The translations under genes and the position numbers were made by a program. This document shows positions 29,023 through 38,198 of a DNA stretch of 64,000 nt, piece by piece. The notes under the pieces are model-generated. The model worked only from the letters and a program-made list of their open reading frames with translations, did not search any database and was not told where the DNA came from. The stretch's first letter is position 1. Every line of letters starts with the position of its first letter. Source of the stretch: Euryarchaeota archaeon UBA23 (GTDB lineage Archaea > Thermoplasmatota > Poseidoniia > Poseidoniales > Thalassarchaeaceae); assembly GCA_002498725.1 (NCBI GenBank), contig DAIJ01000008.1, positions 5,598 through 69,597 of the forward strand, given 5' to 3'.

Positions 29023-29613
29023 TTATTCTAACTTAGGGCTCTTATTAGGGCCTACTTCAATTACATGACATTCATGTTCAGTACGAATACCAGCAACAGT
29101 AATTGAGGAGTCGCCTTGAATAGATCTACTACCGCTCCATTTTCTTACCGTGCGTTCTACAGTATGTTTACCGGGAATATTGTTAGGATCTACTTTAAGT
29201 TCAACTTGAGTGTTTTCTAGGGCCCCTAACCAGAGTAATACTGCCTCTATAGCGCGAGTCGCGGCCCCTCTACGCTGTTCTGAAGATCTGATCCAATACC
29301 CTAAATTCCAATCGGCCTCTACGGTTCTTGTTACTGTATCAAATCCAATTAACCCAAGAATTGTGGAATCCCATGGACGTAAGATCACCCAATGATGCAT
29401 ACGTCCAACACGACCCATACGTTCTGCCTCATCTAGAAATTCCTCAATCTGAGTTACGGTATCTTGCTCAGGGAGTATCCATGGCATCGCCCTACTAACC
29501 TCGGGCCAAGTTTCCTCAAATGCCTCAATTAATGGAAGGCTGTGAGTAGTATTTGCTGGCCTCAACACCATGTTTTCGTCGACTTGGATCGTCGTGGTCG
29601 CGCGACGAATCAT
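29023..29613 (-). CDS. GNAT-family N-acetyltransferase (RimJ/RimL-like)
   Basis: Acetyl-CoA-binding motif region NLGYWIRSSEQRRGAATRAIEAVLLW. Immediately upstream of, and co-directional with, aceE. Confidence 0.6.
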   Translation of the reverse strand: MIRRATTTIQVDENMVLRPANTTHSLPLIEAFEETWPEVSRAMPWILPEQDTVTQIEEFLDEAERMGRVGRMHHWVILRPWDSTILGLIGFDTVTRTVEADWNLGYWIRSSEQRRGAATRAIEAVLLWLGALENTQVELKVDPNNIPGKHTVERTVRKWSGSRSIQGDSSITVAGIRTEHECHVIEVGPNKSPKLE

Positions 29614-29678
29614 GCATCCCGCTTCTTAGATACACAGATGAGCCCTACGGTTCGAGAACCTAGATGATTGATGTAAAA

Positions 29679-30875
29679 TCAAGGGCGTAACTTTGCTTTC
29701 GCTGACTTAACGTGGGGGTCTTCTGGATATGCCTCTATCGCTTTTTCAATCATCTTATCTACTGCTGATGCCCTGCCTATCCTTTGTAAGAGGGCTCCAA
29801 CCGGATACAGAAGTTTTGTTCGTTCTCCCAAATGAGGACCTACCTCATCAATTAGCACGGTTGCTTGAGCATTCTCTTTGCGTTTTGCCGCCTCCATGGC
29901 ATCTCTTATTTTCATTACTAAATCTCTATCTTGCCATTCCTCTTGCTGAGGCCATGGCCAAAATCCATTATCATCTGAGTTTTCAATTTCTTCTTCCATA
30001 AGATGAGGAAGAGTTGGGGGGCGTGGAATTCTGGGTATGGTTGGAGGCTTTTGGGTATTATTTCCATCAAATGCAGCATCCATTGGATCTACTGGACGAG
30101 CCGCCACTGGAGGAGGAGGGGGGGCAGGCATATCTGCTCTCAATAGAGGAGGAGGGGGTTGCAATGATTCGACTTCTTTACTCTGTTCTAGATTTTCTTC
30201 TGAATTCGGAGGTTCAGATTGCGAATCTTGAACTTGAAGTCTTTCGACTATTTCCGACTTATTTCCTGATGTCGATAAACCTGCTTCTTTTGCCATCTCT
30301 ATCAATTCAGCTTTCTTCAAATTCATTAGATTAGCAGGAGGTTCTTCATTAAACACTTCTTCAAATTCAGAAGATAAAGGAGGGTCTAAAGCTTCCTCTT
30401 CAGATGTGTCATCTACTGAAAATGATTCTATTGGCTCAACTAGAGTTATCTGTTGTTTTGGTATTTCTTCCAATATCTCTTCTTCCTCCTCAGGAATCTC
30501 AAATTTGGTCACAAATGCGGGGGCATCTGCTGCAGTCAATTCGTATTCCTCATCATCCTCTTCACTCGATTCAGGATGATCAACAGTCATAGCAAATGTA
30601 GGATTAATGCTCATTTTGATGCCATCAGATTCATCATATTGTTCAACATCAATAGTTACATCTTCCATCTTGAAGGAGCCCCTTGACCAATCAATCACTT
30701 CTTCTTGATCTTCTTCGTCAGAATCTGCCAGAAGTTGATCGAATAAATCATTAGTTTGGGATTCATCTATAGTTGTAACTTGCTGAAAAGAGGCCTTTCC
30801 TAATTGATACATACATTGAGAGCATTCTGAGGACCCCTCTGGATTATTTGTCCCACATAATGGACATTCAATCAT
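29679..30875 (-). CDS. Zn-ribbon / acidic disordered / SAP-(Rho_N)-like / Pro-rich / C-terminal helical (TPR-like) protein; unknown function
   Basis: N-terminal CPLCG...CSQC zinc ribbon; about 170 aa D/E-rich low-complexity region; SAP-like motif LMNLKKAELIEMAKEAGLSTSGNKSEIVERL; PPPP tracts. Start set at ATG 30875; the track start is 30977. Confidence 0.5.
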   Translation of the reverse strand: MIECPLCGTNNPEGSSECSQCMYQLGKASFQQVTTIDESQTNDLFDQLLADSDEEDQEEVIDWSRGSFKMEDVTIDVEQYDESDGIKMSINPTFAMTVDHPESSEEDDEEYELTAADAPAFVTKFEIPEEEEEILEEIPKQQITLVEPIESFSVDDTSEEEALDPPLSSEFEEVFNEEPPANLMNLKKAELIEMAKEAGLSTSGNKSEIVERLQVQDSQSEPPNSEENLEQSKEVESLQPPPPLLRADMPAPPPPPVAARPVDPMDAAFDGNNTQKPPTIPRIPRPPTLPHLMEEEIENSDDNGFWPWPQQEEWQDRDLVMKIRDAMEAAKRKENAQATVLIDEVGPHLGERTKLLYPVGALLQRIGRASAVDKMIEKAIEAYPEDPHVKSAKAKLRP

Positions 30876-31060
30876 TGACTGCGATTCTTGCTTACGCCAA
30901 TTTTTGAACTTATCAAACACCGTGCTACCACCCACAAAGACGAGGTGCTTCGGCCGCGTTCCGCGTATAACCCTCACCCTAATTTGTAAGCAAAGTGCTC
31001 ATGGAGCAACGTCATGTGTATTTGCAAAGCGTGATGTGTAATTGATTACGGGCAGAAGAC

Positions 31061-32983
31061 ATGGGGACACCAGGAAGTACTCCTTCGAGATTTACTCGGA
31101 GTCAGGATCATCATGATGTTTTCATGCAACTAATTAAGTGGGAATTAGATGATGAATTAAGAGCGACTGAAGAACGATTGAGGAATTGGTCAAGGAAAAA
31201 ATTATCATCTCATGGATTGGCTTTATTTGATCTCCAAGCAAAACCAGACGGTTGGTTGTTTGGTCAAAGAATTGTTAAATTACAGTTAGAAAAACGAGCC
31301 AATTTGGGATCTCATAGATTTCGGCAAGGAGATATAGTAATATTAAGTAGAGGAGATCCAATTGGTGAAAAAACAATTGAAGGAATCGTTTCAGATAGAT
31401 CTCGTAATAGAATAAGAATTGTTCTATCTGAGCTTCCTAGTGGGTTAAGAAGTGGTTTTTGGAGAATGGATAGAGCTGCAAACAAAGTTGCCTTTGATAG
31501 AATGCACGATGCTCTAAATTCAATATTTGATGAAGAGGGAGGCGCACCATTACGTGAACTACTGCTAGGTCTTGTTTATGATCCAATAGCAACAGCCAGC
31601 CTAGGCCCTGAGTTAGGTGGTATGAATCGAAAACCAATGAGTAAATCGGAGGGCCTGAATGAGTCTCAGAAAATCGCTGCAAATGCAGCTACTAACCGTA
31701 GACTTACATTGATACAAGGCCCCCCTGGTACAGGAAAAACATATACTGCTGTTCGTATTTTAGAGTCTTGGGCGAGTCAAGATATCGGTACAATCCTAGC
31801 TGTTGCTGACTCAAATGTTGCTGTTGATAACTTACTCGAAGGTCTACTAGATTTAGGTGTGAGTGCAATAAGACTGGGGCAGCCAGTAAAAGTTAGAGAG
31901 TCTCTGAGAATTGCAACAGTTGACGCACAAATGGAAAATCACCCACTTAGGAGAGACTTAATTGAGCATCTAGAGTTGAATGAAAAACTTGCTCGAAGAA
32001 TACCCGGTATGAAAGGAAAAGAAAAAGGATTAGCGCATAGAGATTTAAACAGAGGATGGAAAGAAGTTCGGCGTATAGAATCACAAATGCGTGATGATAT
32101 ACTAGGTCGTGCTCAGGTTCTATGTTGTACGTGTATAGGTGTTGGACATCATCTGCTAGATGGTCGTAATTTTTCTAGGGTATTAATTGATGAAGCAACT
32201 CAGGCAACTGAACCTGCAAGTCTGGTTCCGCTTGTACGTGGTGCAAGACAAGTGGTTCTAGTAGGCGATCATAGACAATTACCTCCAACTGTAATAAGCC
32301 AACGTGCTGAAAATGGAGGGTTAAGACGATCTTTATTTGAAAGAATAATTGAAATGGGTATTGAACCAATCCTACTAGATACACAGTATAGAATGCATCC
32401 TGAAATCTCAAACTTTCCGAATAAAGCATTCTATGATGGTAATCTTATTGATGGAATTAGTGAAGATGAACGACCCAACCCTGCAGGCTTCCTTTGGAAT
32501 GATTGGGAAATTCCAATCGCGTTTTTGCCTGTTAATGGAGGAGAAATGAGTTCTCCGGATGGTTCATCCAAGGAAAACCTTGCAGAAGCGGGATGGGTTG
32601 CTAGAATTCTTGAGAATCTACTTGAGCCGGGTGATTTACTAGAGACAGATATTGGTATAATTACTCCCTATGCAGGACAGGTAAGAGCTATTCGAGATGC
32701 ATTACCTCAAAAAAGAGAGAGTATTGAAGTAAATACAGTAGATGGTTATCAAGGAAGAGAAAAAGAAGTGATAATATTCTCTTGTGTGAGATCTAATGAC
32801 GAAGGTACGGTTGGTTTTCTCTCTGATCCAAGAAGACTCAATGTGGCACTAACTCGATCAAGGCGTGGCCTCATAGTAATTGGAGACCCTGACACACTGA
32901 GGAATGACCCAGTTTGGTCTGATTGGTTGTCACACATACGCAGTCGTAACCTTGAGGCGTGGCACATTCTCGGGATGGCCTGA
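31061..32983 (+). CDS. Upf1-like SF1B helicase of the IGHMBP2/Smubp-2 (DNA2/NAM7) family
   Basis: N-terminal 1B beta-barrel region (GLALFDL...FGQRIVKL...FRQGDIVIL...GIVSDRSRNRIRIVL). LNESQKIAANAAT. Walker A GPPGTGKTYTAV; Walker B LIDEATQATEP; LVGDHRQLPP; TVDGYQGREKEVIIFSCVRSN. Confidence 0.8.
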   Translation: MGTPGSTPSRFTRSQDHHDVFMQLIKWELDDELRATEERLRNWSRKKLSSHGLALFDLQAKPDGWLFGQRIVKLQLEKRANLGSHRFRQGDIVILSRGDPIGEKTIEGIVSDRSRNRIRIVLSELPSGLRSGFWRMDRAANKVAFDRMHDALNSIFDEEGGAPLRELLLGLVYDPIATASLGPELGGMNRKPMSKSEGLNESQKIAANAATNRRLTLIQGPPGTGKTYTAVRILESWASQDIGTILAVADSNVAVDNLLEGLLDLGVSAIRLGQPVKVRESLRIATVDAQMENHPLRRDLIEHLELNEKLARRIPGMKGKEKGLAHRDLNRGWKEVRRIESQMRDDILGRAQVLCCTCIGVGHHLLDGRNFSRVLIDEATQATEPASLVPLVRGARQVVLVGDHRQLPPTVISQRAENGGLRRSLFERIIEMGIEPILLDTQYRMHPEISNFPNKAFYDGNLIDGISEDERPNPAGFLWNDWEIPIAFLPVNGGEMSSPDGSSKENLAEAGWVARILENLLEPGDLLETDIGIITPYAGQVRAIRDALPQKRESIEVNTVDGYQGREKEVIIFSCVRSNDEGTVGFLSDPRRLNVALTRSRRGLIVIGDPDTLRNDPVWSDWLSHIRSRNLEAWHILGMA

Positions 32984-32991
32984 GAGAGAGT

Positions 32992-33567
32992 ATGTCGGAC
33001 CATGATTCACCTATTTCTGTGCAGTCAGGAGGAACTCTGGCTAAGCAAATAGTTACTGCGGAAGAAGGAGGGCATTGGCCAATACCAGAAGGCACAATTC
33101 TAGCTAGTGGTGTTCAACGTACTGCTGCTCTAAGTGTTGATATTGTAATAGTGACTACAATATTGATGGTTGTTAGTCGTTGGCAAATTCTGAATGCTTG
33201 GAATATTACATTATGGCTTTCTTCAGGATTTCATCATTCACTTGCTATGGTTATGATACTCTTTATTTCTCATTGGCTATATTGGAGATGGACAGGTATG
33301 AAATTTTCCAGATCTTTGGGCCAAAGAATGCTTGGTCTGGCTGTTTTAGCAGAAGATGGTTCTGAGATGACTAGTCAAATGTGGGATCAACGTTCTAGAA
33401 GGAAATTAATCTTCCTTATTCCTGTGATAAATCTTGTTTTTGGGATTAGAGAATTGCTTAGGATATCTAGTAGACATACTCATCAATCAAATATGGATCT
33501 ACACGTTGGTTCAATTGTAGTTCAGGCCAATTCCTTGCCCCCTGCTTCACGCAGGCATATCAAGTGA
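32992..33567 (+). CDS. RDD-family membrane protein
   Basis: Three TM helices with the RDD-family loop motif GMKFSRSLGQRMLGLAVLAEDGSE. Starts 9 nt after the helicase stop. Confidence 0.5.
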   Translation: MSDHDSPISVQSGGTLAKQIVTAEEGGHWPIPEGTILASGVQRTAALSVDIVIVTTILMVVSRWQILNAWNITLWLSSGFHHSLAMVMILFISHWLYWRWTGMKFSRSLGQRMLGLAVLAEDGSEMTSQMWDQRSRRKLIFLIPVINLVFGIRELLRISSRHTHQSNMDLHVGSIVVQANSLPPASRRHIK

Positions 33568-33568
33568 G

Positions 33569-34207
33569 GTGACCAATTTGGAGGAAGCAATTAGAATAGC
33601 TATAGATGGAGATTGTATAGTATATCCAACTACCACTCAGCCGGCTCTAGGATGTATTCCTAACTCCGCCTCTTTAGATAAATTATTTGCCATAAAAAAT
33701 AGACCCTCTAACATGCCTGTAAGTATAGGGGTCGCTAATCTAGAACAGGCATCTAGTATCGTTGAGTTAACTGATGATATTTCTGAATTATTGTCGTCTT
33801 TTCCAGAGGGGGCGATTACTCTTCTACTCCCTGCGAAGACTCTTCTTGATTCACGTTTAGGTGGTAAAAAAATAGCTATCAGAGTAGTTGCTCATCCAAT
33901 TGCAAAGGCATTACTGCAAGCCACCGGACCTCTTACCGCTACTTCTGCAAATATTAGTGGAGAAATACCAGATGAAACTTGTAAAAAAGCCGCTAATAAA
34001 TTAAGAAAAATGGGTTTTAAGATAGGTGTTGTAGACGGAAATACGGCCTCTGGTCCCCCCAGTACTTTGATATCGTGGTATTCGGTCTGTGATGCGCCCG
34101 ATTACCCGAGCATTGAGGTCCTGAGAGAAGGAATTGTACCTACTGAAGAGGTTGAAAAATGGTGGAAGAAGAAGATCTCAAACAGTGGAAAGACGCTGGG
34201 CATGTAG
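33569..34207 (+). CDS. tsaC: L-threonylcarbamoyladenylate synthase, short YrdC/TsaC-type (t6A biosynthesis)
   Basis: YPTTTQPALGC (compare YPTDTVYGLG) and TATSANISGE motifs. Only the 212-aa YrdC domain is present, with no Sua5 C-terminal domain. GTG/TTG start abuts the RDD stop; the 3' end overlaps map. Confidence 0.7.
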   Translation: MTNLEEAIRIAIDGDCIVYPTTTQPALGCIPNSASLDKLFAIKNRPSNMPVSIGVANLEQASSIVELTDDISELLSSFPEGAITLLLPAKTLLDSRLGGKKIAIRVVAHPIAKALLQATGPLTATSANISGEIPDETCKKAANKLRKMGFKIGVVDGNTASGPPSTLISWYSVCDAPDYPSIEVLREGIVPTEEVEKWWKKKISNSGKTLGM

Positions 34208-35172
34208 CCAGAAGAACCCTTGAAGGTATCAAAGGAGAAATAGTGGCTGGTAAGGCGTGGGATGATGTTATTGATTCCGCAGAGAGGTTCATCAGGAGAC
34301 ATGGTGGAACTCCTGCTTTTCCTGTAACAATTTCAGTAAACGACATCGCGGCCCATTATACATCAGAATCAAGATTGCTACCTCCTGATGGATTTGAAGG
34401 AGAAATGATTTTTCAAAACGGAGATCTTGTCAAACTCGATGTTGGAGTACACATTGCAGGAGCTATTGCAGACAATGCAATGACAATAGAGGTAGGCAAT
34501 GGTGGCAATCATACAGAGCAAATAAAAGCAGCAAAGGAGGCAAGAGATGCCTCGATTGAAAAAATGCATCCAGATACCCCCTGGCATGTTGTTGGTGCTG
34601 CTGCTGAACAAGTTCATACTGACGCTGGTTTTGAGCCGATTAGAAATCTATGTGGACATGAATTGAAGAGATGGAATCTACATGCTGGTGTCTCAATACC
34701 AGCATATGCATGTGGACCAGATAATCCTAGTTTCAAAGGAACTGTAGAAACTGGGTCTGTTTATGCTGTTGAACCATTCAACACTACTGGAAAAAGTGGA
34801 ACAGTTGAAAATATACCACCTAGTTCTTCAAGTAACATTTATCGCGTTACTGGAAATATCACTATTCGCAAAGCTATGTCAAAAGGTAAGTTAAAACCTC
34901 TTGGAGCCACTATGGCCAGATACATCGAAGAGCGATATAATACGCTTCCTTTTGCCGAGCGCTGGGCATATCCACTTCTAGAGAAGCCATTCCCGGGAGA
35001 AGAACAAGAAATTCTTCGAAAGAAATGGAATGCTTTGATTAAGAAACTCATTAATATTAGATTCTTAGAAACTTATCAAGCACTTCGTTGCTCTGATAGA
35101 GGAATGATTGGGCAATATGAGCATACTATTTGGATTACCGATGGTGGTGCCGAAGTTTTGACTGTTGAGTAA
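34159..35172 (+). CDS. map: Methionine aminopeptidase, type 2 (archaeal/eukaryal MetAP2)
   Basis: Pita-bread fold motifs DVGVHIAGAIADNAMT, GHELKRWNLHAG, AVEPF, and the type-2 insertion. Confidence 0.85.
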   Translation: MVEEEDLKQWKDAGHVARRTLEGIKGEIVAGKAWDDVIDSAERFIRRHGGTPAFPVTISVNDIAAHYTSESRLLPPDGFEGEMIFQNGDLVKLDVGVHIAGAIADNAMTIEVGNGGNHTEQIKAAKEARDASIEKMHPDTPWHVVGAAAEQVHTDAGFEPIRNLCGHELKRWNLHAGVSIPAYACGPDNPSFKGTVETGSVYAVEPFNTTGKSGTVENIPPSSSSNIYRVTGNITIRKAMSKGKLKPLGATMARYIEERYNTLPFAERWAYPLLEKPFPGEEQEILRKKWNALIKKLINIRFLETYQALRCSDRGMIGQYEHTIWITDGGAEVLTVE

Positions 35173-35400
35173 CTATTTCACTTCTTAACATAATATAGCG
35201 TCTCAGTATAGCGTTTAGGCCTAATGGAGAATTTTTACGCACAACGATTATCTAGCGCTGATTGTAAGGTATGTCCGTACGGGGCCGTTGAGGTTCTCGC
35301 TGAGTGCATCCCATCCCCTCGCTTGTGTCTCTCGCCCTGTACACCTAAATGATTAGACGCTAGGCTTTCAGTGATACATTTTTATGATTATAATATCATA

Positions 35401-36327
35401 TTAATTAGATGATTTTTCTACTATGTTATCTGTTCTTCCAAAAAGAGTAACCGTGATTATTGCTGAGAAGATTAGTATCATTCCACCTATTTGTTGAACT
35501 GATGGTTCCTCTTTGAGAAGCAAAACACCCCAAACAATGGTTAACACCGGCTGTAATAGGATTGCGAAAGAAGTGTGTGCGGCGGGAAGTCTCGGGAGTG
35601 CATATGTAATTGCTAACCATCCTAATACTTGACAAGAAATTGAAAGAAGGACTATCCAACCATGACCTGGCCAAGTTACTGAGAATGCTATTGGTTCTAT
35701 ATCTAAACTTGAAAGAGGCATTATTCCAACTAGCAAAAGCCCCGTTGCAGCACCTGTTGTTGCATCCAATTGTAGATTTACTGAAGGTGCCTGGATTCTG
35801 TTTGAAAAGCGATAAAGAATAAGGAATGATGAATAAAATATTGCAGCGACTATACCTCCTATTACTCCTTTAACGGGGTCTGCGCCATATGGTTGATCAT
35901 CCCAAATTCCGGAGATAAAAATTAATCCCAACATAACCATTGGAAGAGCTAGTAAAATCATTCGATTTGGTCTTTCTCCGAATAACCACCAACTTACCAA
36001 AGTGACAATTATAACCTGAGAATTTCCAATCAAAGTTGCGATTCCGCTTCCTATGTAGTCTATTGCACTATGATAGCCAACAAAGTCAATTGCTAGTAGT
36101 ATTCCTGCTACAAAGGCAAGCATCCTACTATTTCTCTGTCTATGATCCTCTTTCTTTAGATATAAGACGAGAAAGAGAAGGATTGGGATAGCATATAGCA
36201 TTCTGAAGAATGCTCCTGTAATTGGGGAGGTGTCTGACTGTATGTACAATAGTGGTGCGAATGATAGTAATGTTGCACCAATTAAGGCGATTATCATTAT
36301 TCTTCTATCATCGGCAAATGCCGACAT
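35401..36327 (-). CDS. DMT-superfamily (EamA-like) transporter, 10 TM
   Basis: Duplicated EamA-like hydrophobic halves; 308 aa. Confidence 0.65.
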   Translation of the reverse strand: MSAFADDRRIMIIALIGATLLSFAPLLYIQSDTSPITGAFFRMLYAIPILLFLVLYLKKEDHRQRNSRMLAFVAGILLAIDFVGYHSAIDYIGSGIATLIGNSQVIIVTLVSWWLFGERPNRMILLALPMVMLGLIFISGIWDDQPYGADPVKGVIGGIVAAIFYSSFLILYRFSNRIQAPSVNLQLDATTGAATGLLLVGIMPLSSLDIEPIAFSVTWPGHGWIVLLSISCQVLGWLAITYALPRLPAAHTSFAILLQPVLTIVWGVLLLKEEPSVQQIGGMILIFSAIITVTLFGRTDNIVEKSSN

Positions 36328-36336
36328 GAAATCTCC

Positions 36337-36669
36337 TCACTCCGAGGCAGCTCTACCATCTGCTATCATTTGCTGGAGTTCACCGGATTGATACATTTCT
36401 AGGGCTATGTCTGATCCGCCAATTAATTCGCCATAGATGTATACCTGAGGCATTGTTGGGAAATCTGCCCAAGCACATACCGAAGGAATCGCCCTAGGAT
36501 CTGTCAGTATATTTACACTAGTAAAAGGCTCTCCTAATTGACTTAACACAGTAGCAGCGCGATTGCTGAATCCGCATCTGGGTTCTTGTGGCGTCCCCTT
36601 CATGAAGAGTACTATAGGGTGTTCGTTTACTAAGGCATCAAGTTCTGAGGGGGTCCAATCAAATGACAT
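36337..36669 (-). CDS. grxD: Monothiol glutaredoxin, Grx4/GrxD family (CGFS active site)
   Basis: PRCGFSNRA active site and a C-terminal GGSD(I) glutathione-binding motif. Start at ATG 36669, 5 nt after the bolA stop; the track ORF is over-extended to 36741. Confidence 0.85.
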   Translation of the reverse strand: MSFDWTPSELDALVNEHPIVLFMKGTPQEPRCGFSNRAATVLSQLGEPFTSVNILTDPRAIPSVCAWADFPTMPQVYIYGELIGGSDIALEMYQSGELQQMIADGRAASE

Positions 36670-36673
36670 TTTA

Positions 36674-37000
36674 TCACTCCTTTTCTGGTCTACGAATGTG
36701 TATTCCAAAGAATTCTGTTTTCTTCTCTGCATGTGGATCAAAAGCTGTGTCTCCTGAGTTTTCTGCTTGTTCCGGAGTCATACATTTCAAATCTAAGGCA
36801 TGAACTATATTCTGGGCGATAAAGGGTTTGAAATGATTCAAGATTGGTCTTTGTCTTTGTAATGGACGCATTCCCTCATAAGAAGAAGAGATTACTCTTA
36901 CATGGAAATGATCACCACTTCCATGTAAGTCAGTAGCCTCGACTCTAGCATCAGGAACCACTTTGAGAATCTCCTCAGACATCCACGCTTCTGTCACCAT
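36674..37000 (-). CDS. bolA: BolA-family protein
   Basis: BolA signature LHGSGDHFHVRVISSSYEGMRPLQRQRPI...IHAL. Confidence 0.8.
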   Translation of the reverse strand: MVTEAWMSEEILKVVPDARVEATDLHGSGDHFHVRVISSSYEGMRPLQRQRPILNHFKPFIAQNIVHALDLKCMTPEQAENSGDTAFDPHAEKKTEFFGIHIRRPEKE

Positions 37001-37047
37001 CGATATTAGCCCGAGGTTGGTAGGATTTGAATGCTCGCGCGTGTAAA

Positions 37048-37764
37048 TTAATCAATGCCCATTGCGGAATTGATTTCTGTGAGATTGTCTTTGATACTTG
37101 CTTTGTCGTTGATAAGGCCGCTTCCTACTACTGCTACATCGACTCCCCATTCTGAAACCATAGCAGCATTATGATGTTTAATTCCTCCATCTATCATCAA
37201 CTTAGTTTGTCTACCGCCTTCTGCAATTTGCTTGTCTATTGCCTCTCTAAATTTCCTAACCTTTGATTCTACTTCTGGCATGAATGATTGTCCACCTTTG
37301 CCGGGAACTACCGACATCACAAGAACGAGATCAAGTTGGGATAGGAATGGAAGAATAGATGATGCGGGTGTATCTGGATTCAGAACTGCACCGGCTTGAC
37401 ATCCTGAGTCGTGTAAAGATTTGATCAAAGACCCCATGTTATCTACTGCCTCGATATGTGCTATGACTAGGTCTACACCAGCATCAACATATTGCGACCA
37501 AGTCTCTTCGGCGTTAGTTATCATCAGATGGCAATCAATGAAAACTTCTGTACCCATTCTATTACGTACTGCACGTATCAATGCGGGTCCAAATGTTATG
37601 GTTCTATTTACTACCCAATTGCCATCCATGACGTCCATATGTATCCAATTAATACCGGCATTAACGGCTTCCTCTAGAGTATCTGCTAGATTAGAAAAGT
37701 CAGCTGTGAGGATGCTCGGTGCTATTTCCAAGGCTCTCCCCCAGTACTTGCGAGAACCTTTCAC
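37048..37764 (-). CDS. rpe: Ribulose-phosphate 3-epimerase
   Basis: IAPSILTADF, WIHMDVMDGNWVVN, and G-D-G phosphate-binding C-terminus (IDGGI, VVGSGLI). Confidence 0.85.
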   Translation of the reverse strand: MKGSRKYWGRALEIAPSILTADFSNLADTLEEAVNAGINWIHMDVMDGNWVVNRTITFGPALIRAVRNRMGTEVFIDCHLMITNAEETWSQYVDAGVDLVIAHIEAVDNMGSLIKSLHDSGCQAGAVLNPDTPASSILPFLSQLDLVLVMSVVPGKGGQSFMPEVESKVRKFREAIDKQIAEGGRQTKLMIDGGIKHHNAAMVSEWGVDVAVVGSGLINDKASIKDNLTEINSAMGID

Positions 37765-37875
37765 TTGTCAATAATTCGTATGTTTATTACTTTGAAATCG
37801 CAATATCCAGCAACATGGAGAAATGCTAGTATTGATATGATGCCTGCTTAACGAGTACCCCTGCGGAGTGATAGC

Positions 37876-38193
37876 ATGGGCAGGATAATCAACGCTAGTG
37901 ATGCTGATTTTGATAATGTAACGAAGAGTGATGATTGGGTTTTAGTTGATTTTTGGGCTCCGTGGTGTGGGCCTTGTAAGATGATTGCTCCAGTATTAGA
38001 ACAAGTAGCCGAGGAGCGTGAAATGACTATTGCAAAAGTCAACACCGACGTCAATCCTCTTTCTGGAGGGAGATTTGGAATTCGTGGAATACCTGCGCTT
38101 TTACTTTTTCAAAATGGGGAACTTGTAGATCAACACGCTGGATTCATGCCAAAACCGGCTTTTGACCAATGGCTAAATCGACATATGGCTTGA
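37876..38193 (+). CDS. trxA: Thioredoxin
   Basis: WAPWCGPCKMIAP active site; 105 aa. Confidence 0.9.
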   Translation: MGRIINASDADFDNVTKSDDWVLVDFWAPWCGPCKMIAPVLEQVAEEREMTIAKVNTDVNPLSGGRFGIRGIPALLLFQNGELVDQHAGFMPKPAFDQWLNRHMA

Positions 38194-38198
38194 GTTAT

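Noticed and set aside
35173-35400. 228-bp convergent spacer between map and the EamA transporter as a possible small RNA
   Set aside because: No recognisable motifs or strong structures were seen beyond weak hairpins. There is not enough evidence to call a feature.
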